From Candidatus Falkowbacteria bacterium (GTDB lineage: Bacteria; Patescibacteriota; Patescibacteriia; UBA11705; JABHMO01): 64,000 bases of DNA. The stretch lies in the NCBI GenBank assembly GCA_018665965.1, contig JABJBF010000023.1, positions 1 to 64,000 of the forward strand, in the 5' to 3' direction. Shown piece after piece: positions 35,538 to 44,672 of the stretch. The first letter of the stretch is position 1. Every line of letters begins with the position of its first letter. Both the position numbers and the translations under genes were made by a program. Under the pieces are notes generated by a model. The model ran no database searches. It was not told where the DNA came from and was given only the letters and a program-made list of their open reading frames with translations.

Positions 35538-37121
35538 ATGCAAAAAATACCTAAACCAGTTGTACTTATAATTCTTGATGGTTGGGGAATTGCTCCAGCG
35601 TCAGAAGGTAATGGTGTGACTTTGGCCAAAACACCTAATTTTGATAAATTAGTAGCAAATTATCCTGCTATGACTTTGTTAGCTTCAGGTGAGGCTGTGG
35701 GGTTATCCTGGGGTGAAATGGGGAATTCGGAAGTTGGTCATTTGAATTTAGGTGTAGGGAAGATTTTTTATCAAAACTTACCTAGGATTAGCAAGGCAAT
35801 TGAGGATGAGACAATCTTTGAAAATGAAACTCTCAAGAAGGCAATTGCTCATGTACAAAAACATAATTCAAAATTGCATCTTGTGGGGTTGATGAGTGAA
35901 GGTAAGGTTCATGGTATGAACAGTCATTGTTATGGTCTTTTGGAATTAGCCAAGAAAAATAAAGTTAAAGAAGTGTATGTACATGCATTTTTAGATGGCC
36001 GTGATTCACCATATAATAGTGGTGAAGGATTCATTCAAGAACTTGAGGAAAAATTCAAGGAAATTGGTGTTGGCGTAGTGGCTTCTCTGCATGGACGTAT
36101 GTTTGCTATGGATCGTGATAATCGTTGGGAAAGGATAGAAAAAACATATCGAGCAATGGTCGAAGGAAAAAGTGAAGAGTATTACAAAAATCCAGTAAAA
36201 GCAGTTCAGGGTTCTTATAAGCATAAAGTTTATGATGAAGAGTTTGAGCCAGTTGTAATTGGTAAAGATGGAAGGCCAACTTCTGTAGTTGAAAAAAACG
36301 ATGCGGTGATATATTTCAATTATCGAGCTGATCGTGCTAGGCAGTTGACTAAAGCTTTTGTTATGGATGATTTTGATAAGTTTCAGAGAAGTGAAAAAAT
36401 TGCAAATTTGTTTTTTGCTACAATGACAGAATATGAGGAGGGCCTACCAGTAGAAGTTATTTTTCCAAAAGAAGAAATCAAGATGTCACTACCAAAAATT
36501 TTAAGTCAAAAAGGGTACAAACAGTTGCATATTGCGGAAACTGAAAAGTATGCCCATGTTACTTTTTTCTTTAGTGGTGGAACGGAGGATCCATACGAAG
36601 GCGAAGACAGAATTGTAATTCCTTCTCCAAAGGTGGCAACATATTCAGAAAAGCCGGAAATGTCAGCCAAGAAAGTTACTGATGATTTGATGAAAGAGAT
36701 TATGAGTGAGAAACATGATTTTATTGTGGTTAATTATGCCAATCCTGACATGGTTAGTCACACTGGTGAAATTAAGCCAACAGTTCAATCAATTGAGTAT
36801 ACTGATAAATTGTTGGGCGATGTTGTGAATTTAATTTTATCAAAAGGCGGGCAGGCAATGATAGTTGCAGACCACGGTAATGCTGAAGAGTTAGTGAACT
36901 TACAAACAGGTGAAAAAGACAAGGAGCATAGTACTAATCCTGTGCCGTGTCTAGTGATTGGCAAACAATTTGAAGGAAAAACAATCGAGGATGTTCAGTT
37001 GGTAGGCAATGATTTAAGTTTAGTTCAGCCGATTGGTCTTTTGTCTGATGTTGCACCAACGATTTTAAAAATGATGAATATTGATATTCCTGATGAAATG
37101 TCAGGGCGGTCGTTAATTTAG
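35538..37121 (+). CDS. gpmI: 2,3-bisphosphoglycerate-independent phosphoglycerate mutase, copy 2 (tandem paralog)
   Basis: 'LIILDGWGIAP', 'GNSEVGHLNLGVGK', 'ADHGN'; 527 aa. Confidence 0.8.
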   Translation: MQKIPKPVVLIILDGWGIAPASEGNGVTLAKTPNFDKLVANYPAMTLLASGEAVGLSWGEMGNSEVGHLNLGVGKIFYQNLPRISKAIEDETIFENETLKKAIAHVQKHNSKLHLVGLMSEGKVHGMNSHCYGLLELAKKNKVKEVYVHAFLDGRDSPYNSGEGFIQELEEKFKEIGVGVVASLHGRMFAMDRDNRWERIEKTYRAMVEGKSEEYYKNPVKAVQGSYKHKVYDEEFEPVVIGKDGRPTSVVEKNDAVIYFNYRADRARQLTKAFVMDDFDKFQRSEKIANLFFATMTEYEEGLPVEVIFPKEEIKMSLPKILSQKGYKQLHIAETEKYAHVTFFFSGGTEDPYEGEDRIVIPSPKVATYSEKPEMSAKKVTDDLMKEIMSEKHDFIVVNYANPDMVSHTGEIKPTVQSIEYTDKLLGDVVNLILSKGGQAMIVADHGNAEELVNLQTGEKDKEHSTNPVPCLVIGKQFEGKTIEDVQLVGNDLSLVQPIGLLSDVAPTILKMMNIDIPDEMSGRSLI

Positions 37122-37227
37122 GCTTTAAGTTTATGAAATATTAAACAGAGATTAGACAGATATTTAACCAATATTGTAATAATATTTGCGTAATATTGGT
37201 GCAATATTTGTGCGATATTTGTGTTCT

Positions 37228-38097
37228 ATGCCAGAATTGCCAGAAGTTGAAACAATTCGTCTGGGTTTAGTTTCTAAAGTTTTAAATAAAAAAATTAAAA
37301 GAGTTTGGATTGAATCCAGTTTTAAAAATAAAATTTCCCCAAATGCCGGGAAGTTTATTAAATTATTGAAAGATGAGAAAATTAAAGATATCGAAAGAAA
37401 GGGAAAGTTGTTGATTTTTAAAATAACAAGCGACGATTTTATACTAGTTCATTTGATAATGACTGGGCAATTAGTTTACCAGTCGAGTAAGGGTAGTCTG
37501 GTGGCAGGTGGGCATCCTATTCAAAATCAAGAAGTTTTGCCAAATAAATTTACGCGAGTACAGTTTGACTTTATTGATGGTTCGCGACTATATTTTAATG
37601 ATGTAAGAAAATTTGGTTATTTGAAATTAGTTGATAAACTTGAAATGGAACAAGCAAAAGCACGGTATGGGGTTGAACCAATTGATAAAGATTATACTTT
37701 TGAATATTTTAATAAAGTCTTGAGTAAACGCCCAAACCAAATGATTAAAGTACTGCTTCTTGAACAAAAGGACATTTCAGGCTTAGGTAATATTTACGTT
37801 GATGAAACTTGTTTCGCCGCAGGCGTTAAACCACAAAGACGGATAAAAACCTTGAGCAAGGTTGAAAGAAAAAAAATATTTATTAATACAACAAAAATTT
37901 TACAAAAAGCTATAAAATATCAAGGAACTTCGTTTAGCAATTATCTGAATAGTGAAGGACAACTTGGAGGATTTCAAAAGTTTTTGAAAGTTTACGGTAG
38001 AGTTGGAAAACCTTGTTTGATGTGTGAGAACTCTGAGTTGAGAAGAATAAAAATAGCCGGACGTACGTCCAGCTATTGTCCTGAATGTCAGAAATAA
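37228..38097 (+). CDS. mutM: Formamidopyrimidine-DNA glycosylase (Fpg/MutM)
   Basis: Starts 'MPELPEVE' (catalytic Pro2). C-terminal zinc finger 'CLMCENSELRRIKIAGRTSSYCPEC'. The upstream in-frame extension in the ORF track is discarded. Confidence 0.85.
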   Translation: MPELPEVETIRLGLVSKVLNKKIKRVWIESSFKNKISPNAGKFIKLLKDEKIKDIERKGKLLIFKITSDDFILVHLIMTGQLVYQSSKGSLVAGGHPIQNQEVLPNKFTRVQFDFIDGSRLYFNDVRKFGYLKLVDKLEMEQAKARYGVEPIDKDYTFEYFNKVLSKRPNQMIKVLLLEQKDISGLGNIYVDETCFAAGVKPQRRIKTLSKVERKKIFINTTKILQKAIKYQGTSFSNYLNSEGQLGGFQKFLKVYGRVGKPCLMCENSELRRIKIAGRTSSYCPECQK

Positions 38098-38102
38098 GGA
38101 AG

Positions 38103-38531
38103 CTAAAAAATTAGAATATATAAAACTACAATCAATACCCCAGTTAAGGCACCGAAAAATAGTTCAAGTGGAGTGTGGCCAAGTCTTTCTTTTAAGTGGT
38201 TGAACTTGGCGCCTTCGGCTGACTTAAGGCCATGAACTAAAAGATTTAGTTCTTGTGCGTGTCGACCTAATACCATTCTAAAGCCACCTGCGTCGCGAAT
38301 TACAATTACTGCTAGAATTAAAGCTAATGCGGCAGCAGCACTATCCCAGCCTTCGAAATGGCCGGTGATAGCAAATAATGCTGTGACTAGGGCTGCGTGA
38401 GATGAGGGCATCCCACCATAACTGTTCAAGTCTTTCCAGGAAAATTTGTCTTGAATTCCGTTGATAATTAATTTAATAAGTTGAGCAATAATTGCCGCCA
38501 TTAGCGGCACAATAATAAGTTGATAGTTCAT
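38103..38531 (-). CDS. Divergent PAP2-family membrane protein (DUF212 / acid phosphatase-vanadium haloperoxidase-related)
   Basis: 'YGGMPSSHAALV' signature; 4 TM helices; 142 aa. Confidence 0.6.
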   Translation of the reverse strand: MNYQLIIVPLMAAIIAQLIKLIINGIQDKFSWKDLNSYGGMPSSHAALVTALFAITGHFEGWDSAAAALALILAVIVIRDAGGFRMVLGRHAQELNLLVHGLKSAEGAKFNHLKERLGHTPLELFFGALTGVLIVVLYILIF

Positions 38532-38534
38532 ACG

Positions 38535-38612
38535 AGCGAGACAAGCGAGACAAGTGAAACAAGCGTTACAAGTTTTTTGATCAAACTCGTCTTGCTCGTC
38601 TTACATGTCTTG
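38535..38612. repeat. Two blocks of 9-bp tandem repeats in a divergent intergenic region (gcgagacaa x2-4 on one side; ctcgtcttg x3 on the other)
   Basis: 38535-38571 'gcgagacaa gcgagacaa gtgaaacaa gcgttacaa'. 38586-38612 'ctcgtcttg ctcgtctta catgtcttg'. Read outward, each gene is preceded by C(T)TGTCT-like 9-mers. A -10 'tataat' follows at 38621. Confidence 0.5.
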
Positions 38613-38625
38613 CTGATAGTATAAT

Positions 38626-39441
38626 ATGTTATATTTTTACTCTTTAATTTTAGGAATAGTTCAAGGGATAACTGAGTTTATTCCAGTTTCCAGTTCTGGG
38701 CATTTGGTGATTCTTCACGATTTGTTAAAATTTAATCTTCAAGATAGTTTGGCGTTTGATGTGGCTTTGCATTTGGGGACATTGTTGGCAGTGGTGATTT
38801 ACTTTCGAGTTGAATTACTGAAGTATATAGTAGCAGTTTTGGAGCTATTTATTCCGAATCGCCAGGTTAATAAAAAGGATTTAAGCGAAGTTGGCCTTTT
38901 GATTTATGGCACAATCCCGGCAGCCATAATTGGTTTTCTTTTTGAAGAGCAGATTAAAAATGTTTTTCGGAATTCCTGGACAGTTGTTATTACGTTAGTG
39001 TTAGTTTCAGTACTGTTTTTTGCAGCTGAAAGATTTTCTAGACAGAAAAAGAATTTTTCGGAAATTGGATTTTGGCAGGCATTTTATATCGGTTGTGCCC
39101 AGGCCTTGGCTCTAATTCCTGGCGTTTCTCGTTCTGGTATAACTATTGTAGCAGGAATGAGTACAAAAATGAAGCGTTATGAAGCCGCTCGATTTTCCTT
39201 CCTTTTGAGTGTGCCTGTGGTTTTAGGCGCGGGTTTATTTAAGTTTTTGGATATAGAATGGGGCGAACTACCGCCAGTTGAAATGGCTTTGTTTATTATT
39301 GGCTTTTTGAGTTCATTTGTTGTCGGTTATATAGTAATAAAGTTTTTGATGAAATTCTTGCAGAAGAACAAGCTAAATGTGTTTGCTTGGTATAGATTAG
39401 GGTTAGCATTATTGTTGTTAATTTGGCTATTAGTTAAATAA
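38626..39441 (+). CDS. uppP: Undecaprenyl-diphosphate phosphatase (BacA/UppP)
   Basis: 'GITEFIPVSSSGHL' and 'PGVSRSG' motifs; 8 TM segments. Confidence 0.85.
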   Translation: MLYFYSLILGIVQGITEFIPVSSSGHLVILHDLLKFNLQDSLAFDVALHLGTLLAVVIYFRVELLKYIVAVLELFIPNRQVNKKDLSEVGLLIYGTIPAAIIGFLFEEQIKNVFRNSWTVVITLVLVSVLFFAAERFSRQKKNFSEIGFWQAFYIGCAQALALIPGVSRSGITIVAGMSTKMKRYEAARFSFLLSVPVVLGAGLFKFLDIEWGELPPVEMALFIIGFLSSFVVGYIVIKFLMKFLQKNKLNVFAWYRLGLALLLLIWLLVK

Positions 39442-39482
39442 AAACTTGATTTTTTCTTAAATTTACAGTAAATTTTATATAT

Positions 39483-40565
39483 ATGAAAATAGTCATTTTG
39501 GCTGGAGGTGGAGGAACCCGACTTTGGCCGCTTAGTCGACAAAATAAACCCAAGCAGTTCAGTCGTCTTGTAGGCGACAAAACTTTGTATGAAACAACCA
39601 TTGACCGGTTTCGTAATGATTTTGATGTCAATGATATTTATGTTTGTTTAAATGATAAGCTGTTGAGCCAAGCAAAAAGTTTGGTTCCAGATATTCCAGA
39701 ACAAAACTACATTATTGAACCAGAAAAAAGGGATACTGCTGCTGCTATGGGCTTTGTGGCCGCAAAGTTGTCAATTGAATTTCCGGATGAACCAATTGCT
39801 TTTATTCCTTCAGATCATTATATTAGTTATACTACTAAATTTATTAGGATGATTAAACGGGCGGATCAGTTGATTCGTGATACTGGAAAAATGTTGGACA
39901 TTGCTGTTTGGCCAACTTTCCCTAGCACAGTTCTTGGTTATACCCGAATTGGTAAAAAAGTTGAGGCTAATAATGGGATTGAGGTTTATGAATTCAAAGG
40001 ACATGTTGAAAAGCCAGAATTTGAGGTGGCAAAAGAATATTTAGCAGCTGGAGATTATTTATGGCATGCTAATTATTACATGTGGACACCAAGAAAAATT
40101 TTACAGGCTTTTGAGAAATATTGTCCAGGACATTATTTATACTTAGAACAAATGGTAGAAGCTTTTAAGCAAAATGATTTAGGTAAAGTTAATTTGGCTT
40201 TTTCACAAATGGAAAAAACTTCTTTTGACTATGCTATAACTGAAAAGATTGATGTTAAAGATGTTTTGATTATTAAGGGTGATTTTGGTTGGAGTGATGT
40301 TGGTGCTTTTGATGTGTTACATGAATCTCAGAAATCTAAAAGTGACAAAAATGGTAATGTGATAAATGGTAATTATATCAGTCAAGATAGTGCAAACTGT
40401 TTGATTTATAGCAAGAGTGATAAACTAATTGTGGGCATTGAAATCGAGGACTTAGTTGTAGTTGACACAGAGGATGTGCTGATGATCTGTCCCAAAGGAA
40501 AAGCTCAAAAGGTAAAAAAGGTTGTGGAAAAACTTAAAGAAAATAACATGAATAAATATTTATAA
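39483..40565 (+). CDS. Mannose-1-phosphate guanylyltransferase-like nucleotidyltransferase
   Basis: 'KIVILAGGGGTRLWPLSR' sugar-nucleotidyltransferase motif; 360 aa. Confidence 0.7.
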   Translation: MKIVILAGGGGTRLWPLSRQNKPKQFSRLVGDKTLYETTIDRFRNDFDVNDIYVCLNDKLLSQAKSLVPDIPEQNYIIEPEKRDTAAAMGFVAAKLSIEFPDEPIAFIPSDHYISYTTKFIRMIKRADQLIRDTGKMLDIAVWPTFPSTVLGYTRIGKKVEANNGIEVYEFKGHVEKPEFEVAKEYLAAGDYLWHANYYMWTPRKILQAFEKYCPGHYLYLEQMVEAFKQNDLGKVNLAFSQMEKTSFDYAITEKIDVKDVLIIKGDFGWSDVGAFDVLHESQKSKSDKNGNVINGNYISQDSANCLIYSKSDKLIVGIEIEDLVVVDTEDVLMICPKGKAQKVKKVVEKLKENNMNKYL

Positions 40566-40568
40566 TAT

Positions 40569-41564
40569 ATGAGAAAAGTTGTTGGTGTAATTGTCGTCAT
40601 ATTCTTAATTTTTATAATTTATTTTTATCAGCAGGTTAATACTACACATGATAATGCTTTTGGAGAAAGGCAGTTTATTATTGAAAAAGGGCAGGGTGTT
40701 GAAGCTATTGCAGACAATTTACAGTCCCAAGGTTTTATTAAGAGCCCATTTTGGTTCAAGGTCTATGTAGCCTCTTCGGGCAAAAGATCTGAGTTTGTTG
40801 ACGGTACTTTTGAGCTACGTACAGACCTTAGCTTGAAAGAAATTGCGAATTTTTTAACTGAAACAATGGGTGCCGCAAAAGAAACTGAATTTACGTTACT
40901 GGAAGGATGGAGTGTGGAACAAATGGACGAGTCTCTGGCAAGTGAAGGTTTAATTAAAGCCGGTGAGTTAATTGAATATAGTGATAAATTTAATGACAAA
41001 AGTTTTTTCTTTTTGATTGATAAGCCAAGGTCCGCTGACTTACAAGGATATTTATATCCTGATACTTATCGAGTGTATCAAAATAGTTCTGTGGGTAAGA
41101 TTGCTGAAAAAATGTTGAGTAACTTTGACTCAAAATTAACTGATGAAATACGAAAAGAAATAAAAAGACAGGGCAAGACTGTTTTTGAAGTTGTGACTTT
41201 GGCAAGTATAGTTGAGAAAGAAATGTTTGGTTATAAGAACCGGCAAGTGGTTGCTGATATTTTTAATAAGCGATTGGAGATTGGTATGGCCTTGCAGTCC
41301 GATGCTACTGTAAATTTTGTAACTGACAAGGGGATTGCTGCTCCGAGTTTAGTGGATACTCAGGTTGATAGTTTGTATAACACATACAAATATCCAGGAT
41401 TGCCACCAGGTCCAATCTGTAATCCTAGTATTGAAGCAATTAAGGCGGTGGTGTATCCTGAAAAAACTAATTATTGGTATTTTTTGAATACTCCTGAAGG
41501 CGATATAATTTACAGTAAAAATCACGATGAACATGTAACTAATAAATATAAATATTTAAAGTAA
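40569..41564 (+). CDS. mltG: Endolytic murein transglycosylase MltG (YceG family)
   Basis: N-terminal TM. 'LQGYLYPDTYRV' and 'TLASIVEKE' YceG motifs. Confidence 0.8.
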   Translation: MRKVVGVIVVIFLIFIIYFYQQVNTTHDNAFGERQFIIEKGQGVEAIADNLQSQGFIKSPFWFKVYVASSGKRSEFVDGTFELRTDLSLKEIANFLTETMGAAKETEFTLLEGWSVEQMDESLASEGLIKAGELIEYSDKFNDKSFFFLIDKPRSADLQGYLYPDTYRVYQNSSVGKIAEKMLSNFDSKLTDEIRKEIKRQGKTVFEVVTLASIVEKEMFGYKNRQVVADIFNKRLEIGMALQSDATVNFVTDKGIAAPSLVDTQVDSLYNTYKYPGLPPGPICNPSIEAIKAVVYPEKTNYWYFLNTPEGDIIYSKNHDEHVTNKYKYLK

Positions 41565-41655
41565 AGAGTAAAGTGTAAATAGTAACTGGTTTAAATATAT
41601 CACTCACTACCTGCCTGTCATTAGGCGGGCTCATCACTTACTACTCATAATTATT

Positions 41656-42231
41656 ATGCTTAATAAAAAATTCTGGCAAGGTGTGTTGCAAGGTCAAACT
41701 GAATATGACATCTCCAGACGAAAGATTATCGGTGAAAGTTCAGGTGCCTTACAATCAGCGAAACAGGCAATTTTTGCTTTACAAAGAGATAATAAGGCTG
41801 AAGCCGAAGAAAAAATTAAAGAGTCAAAAAAAGGACTTATTAGTTTAGAAGAGCGTTTTGGGAAAGATGGTAAGCTCCGAATTGAAGGTGCTTGGAAGGC
41901 GGCAGTAGAAGAATATGTAGAAGCTAAATTATTTAGTGACTTTATTGAAGGGAGAAAAATTGATGGTGTTGAAGAATTTTTTGTGTTGCCAGATGAATAT
42001 ATTGGGGGTTTGTCAGATTTGACTGGGGAAATTGTTCGAATGATGATTCTTTGGACGACTAGAGGTGAGATTGAAAAAGTGAAAAAGGCCTCTGAAGTTA
42101 TAGATGGTATTATTCATGAACTTATGCAGTACAATTACGGGGGTTACTTGCGAACTAAGTTTGATCAAGCTAAACGGTCATTACAAAAAGCGCAACAAAT
42201 TCTTTATGATTTAAGTATTCGTGAAAAATGA
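41656..42231 (+). CDS. Hypothetical protein
   Basis: 191-aa soluble helical ORF; no motif recognised. Confidence 0.35.
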   Translation: MLNKKFWQGVLQGQTEYDISRRKIIGESSGALQSAKQAIFALQRDNKAEAEEKIKESKKGLISLEERFGKDGKLRIEGAWKAAVEEYVEAKLFSDFIEGRKIDGVEEFFVLPDEYIGGLSDLTGEIVRMMILWTTRGEIEKVKKASEVIDGIIHELMQYNYGGYLRTKFDQAKRSLQKAQQILYDLSIREK

Positions 42232-42740
42232 AACATTCAAATGAAAAAATAAAACGAGAGATAGATTTTGCAGTGGAAAACCATCAGTATTTGGAAGAAA
42301 AGAGAAAGCATTTGAAAGATTCGAAACGTGAGTCGAATGATAGCAAGAAAGAAAAAAGAAAACATTCAACGAACAAGATGTGTTGCTGGATGATATTTAT
42401 TGTGTTGTGTCTTGCTATTCTTGTTATCTTTTATTTTGTGCGGAGTATAAAAACTAACATAGTGGATGATTACTATAATAAAAAGGAACAGATTGAAAAG
42501 ATTTTACCACAAGGAAAAGAAGATGTTAAACAGGGGATTGAGCAGGGAGAACAGTTGATTGGCGAGACTAAAGAAAATTTTGAGGATCTTCAGCAGAAGT
42601 ATGAACAGGCCAAAGAGACAATTGAGGATGTACAAGAGGGCTATGAAAAAGCCAAGGATACTTACGAGGACATACAGGAATTAAAGGAGAAAGCAGAAGA
42701 TTTTATAAGTCCAGATCCAGTAGGTCCTGAACCAGAGTAA
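42228..42740 (+). CDS. Hypothetical membrane-anchored coiled-coil protein
   Basis: TM 'CCWMIFIVLCLAILVIFYFV' followed by an E/K/Q-rich repeats region. Confidence 0.4.
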   Translation: MKHSNEKIKREIDFAVENHQYLEEKRKHLKDSKRESNDSKKEKRKHSTNKMCCWMIFIVLCLAILVIFYFVRSIKTNIVDDYYNKKEQIEKILPQGKEDVKQGIEQGEQLIGETKENFEDLQQKYEQAKETIEDVQEGYEKAKDTYEDIQELKEKAEDFISPDPVGPEPE

Positions 42741-42978
42741 GTTTAGTTTTCAGCAACAAAAAAACACTTTTTGTCATCCTGAACTTGTTTCAGGATATAA
42801 AAAGTGTTTTTTATTTGAAGAGGCAGAGTCGTTTTTTATTTTGCTACTTTTTGGCGCCAAAAAGTAGCGCAAAAAGCGCTGGGGCTCAAATCGCGTGGGT
42901 CTTGGCATGTTTGAAGCGTCTGCTTCGGCGAACTCCGCCCTAGACCCCAAGTAATAAATTGTTTATTGTTTTGAACTT

Positions 42979-43857
42979 CTAAATGCCTATGCTTTCGCGG
43001 AGTTGATTCAATGCTTTGAGTCGTTTCTGAGCCAAAATATAAAACCGTTTTTCAATTTCAAAGCCTAAGTAGTTTCGTTCTAGTCGTTTAGCAACTACAG
43101 CGGTTGTTCCAGAGCCCATGAATGGATCAAAAATTAATTCCCCTTTGTTCGAACTTGCTAGTATAATTCTTTCAATAAGTTTTTCCGGTTTTTGGGTAGG
43201 ATGTTCAGTGTTTTCCGGCATTGACCAAAAGGGGACCGTTAAATCAGTCCAAATGTTGGATGGGTGAGTCATACGAAATTTCTTGCCATCAACTTCCTGC
43301 CAATCTTTTGGTTTTCCTTTTTTGTCAACGTATGGGGCGATAACAGCTTTTTTAACTTTAACAGCCTCTAAATTAAAAGTGTAATCATCGCCCTTGGTTG
43401 CAAACCAGATATCTTCCATGTTATTTTTCCAATTCTTTTTGGCGCCGCGCCCTTTGTCTCTCTTCCATGTAATGCGATTGCGAATTATGAAATGGTTTTT
43501 TAAGATAGCTTCAATAATAGTTGAAGCTTCCCAGTTTATGCAAATATAAATTGAACCGTTTGGCTTGAGTATTCGAAAACATTGTTCAATCCAGTTTTCG
43601 CACCAGGTTATAAATTCTTTTTCTTTCGTGGTGACGGTGCCTTTACCGAAATCTTTGCGTATGGTGTAGGGTGGGTCAGTTACGATTAAGTCAACAAAAC
43701 TGTCTGGTAATTTAGACATCTCTTTAATGCAGTCTCCATAAAAAAGTTTGTTGATTAAATTTGGTCTTGGAGGTTGGGTATTGTGTATTTTAAAAACTGG
43801 AAAGTTTTTTTCATCCTCTTTTGTGACGCTTATAGTTTTGTTACGCTTGGATTTCAT
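42979..43857 (-). CDS. DNA methyltransferase (N6-adenine/N4-cytosine, PF01555-type; orphan)
   Basis: 'LIVTDPPYT' catalytic motif and C-terminal 'FDPFMGSGTT' AdoMet motif (beta-class order). No adjacent endonuclease. Confidence 0.75.
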   Translation of the reverse strand: MKSKRNKTISVTKEDEKNFPVFKIHNTQPPRPNLINKLFYGDCIKEMSKLPDSFVDLIVTDPPYTIRKDFGKGTVTTKEKEFITWCENWIEQCFRILKPNGSIYICINWEASTIIEAILKNHFIIRNRITWKRDKGRGAKKNWKNNMEDIWFATKGDDYTFNLEAVKVKKAVIAPYVDKKGKPKDWQEVDGKKFRMTHPSNIWTDLTVPFWSMPENTEHPTQKPEKLIERIILASSNKGELIFDPFMGSGTTAVVAKRLERNYLGFEIEKRFYILAQKRLKALNQLRESIGI

Positions 43858-43983
43858 AGTGTCTTTATTATAGCAAGTCTGATTGATTTTAAAAGAGTTG
43901 ACATTTTCTTAGAAACCTGTTAGTATTAGGTATTACTCAGATATGTTTTAAAAGCAAGGTTAACCTTTTTTCGGAGGAATTGA

Positions 43984-44247
43984 ATGATCTGTTTTGCTGA
44001 TCTTGACGCGGAGGAGCATGGTACAACGTTGTTTAAGCTTAATGAGTCTGGCACTCAGGAGGATTTGTTTCTGAAAATTCCGGAACGTCATCAGTTGATT
44101 GATGGAGAAACAGGTGAAGTTTGTTGTGCTGTTCATGTCGAAACAGGTGCGCTAGTTAATATTGAAGAAACTGTAATGATTCGGCCAATCAGGGAAATTA
44201 ATGTTAACGAATGTGATTGTGGTCAGTGTGAAGAATGTGCTAGGTGA
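43984..44247 (+). CDS. Small hypothetical protein with C-terminal Cys cluster (CDCGQCEEC)
   Basis: 87-aa ORF. SD 'ggagga' upstream. Confidence 0.35.
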   Translation: MICFADLDAEEHGTTLFKLNESGTQEDLFLKIPERHQLIDGETGEVCCAVHVETGALVNIEETVMIRPIREINVNECDCGQCEECAR

Positions 44248-44640
44248 ATGATACGTTATCAAGGGAGGCTTTTTGCAACAAAAAGTCTCCTTTTAATTTT
44301 TTGTAAAAAAATGCACCGGCTTTATTGGACCAATCTTGTTTTCCTTTCATCTTGTGGATGACAGGTTGCCTTATCGGGATTGACAGACAAGCTGTCTATT
44401 CCTCTTTCCAAAGATTGTGTGCCTAGCGCGGTGCTTTGTTTTTTTCCCTACGGGACGTTACGTTGACGTCAACTCGTAGTGGTAAGGCCATTTGACCTTA
44501 ATTACTCGCTCTAATTGTAGGTTTAAGCGTGATTCCCTCCTTCAGTTTTCAAAATCAGTTTTACCTTTGCCTTTCTCCTCAAAAGGCTTTTATATAATAT
44601 CATGTCAAATTACGAGAGTCAATACGATTGTGGATAATTT

Positions 44641-44672
44641 AAAAATAGTGCGCCCCGACGTTGATCGGGGCG
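44641..44672 (-). terminator. GC-rich hairpin (gcgccccga-cgttgat-cggggcgc) followed on the minus strand by a T-run
   Basis: 8-bp stem; the minus-strand reading continues 'ACTATTTTTAAATT'. Confidence 0.45.

Noticed and set aside
37186-37227. 14-aa N-terminal extension of Fpg
   Set aside because: Fpg requires Pro2 as the catalytic nucleophile after Met removal, so the start must be the MPELPEV Met.
38571-38590. Near-palindrome agttttttgatcaaact between the two 9-mer blocks, considered as a Dam/DnaA-type site
   Set aside because: It is a single AT-rich palindrome typical of low-GC intergenic DNA, and is not distinctive without recurrence elsewhere.
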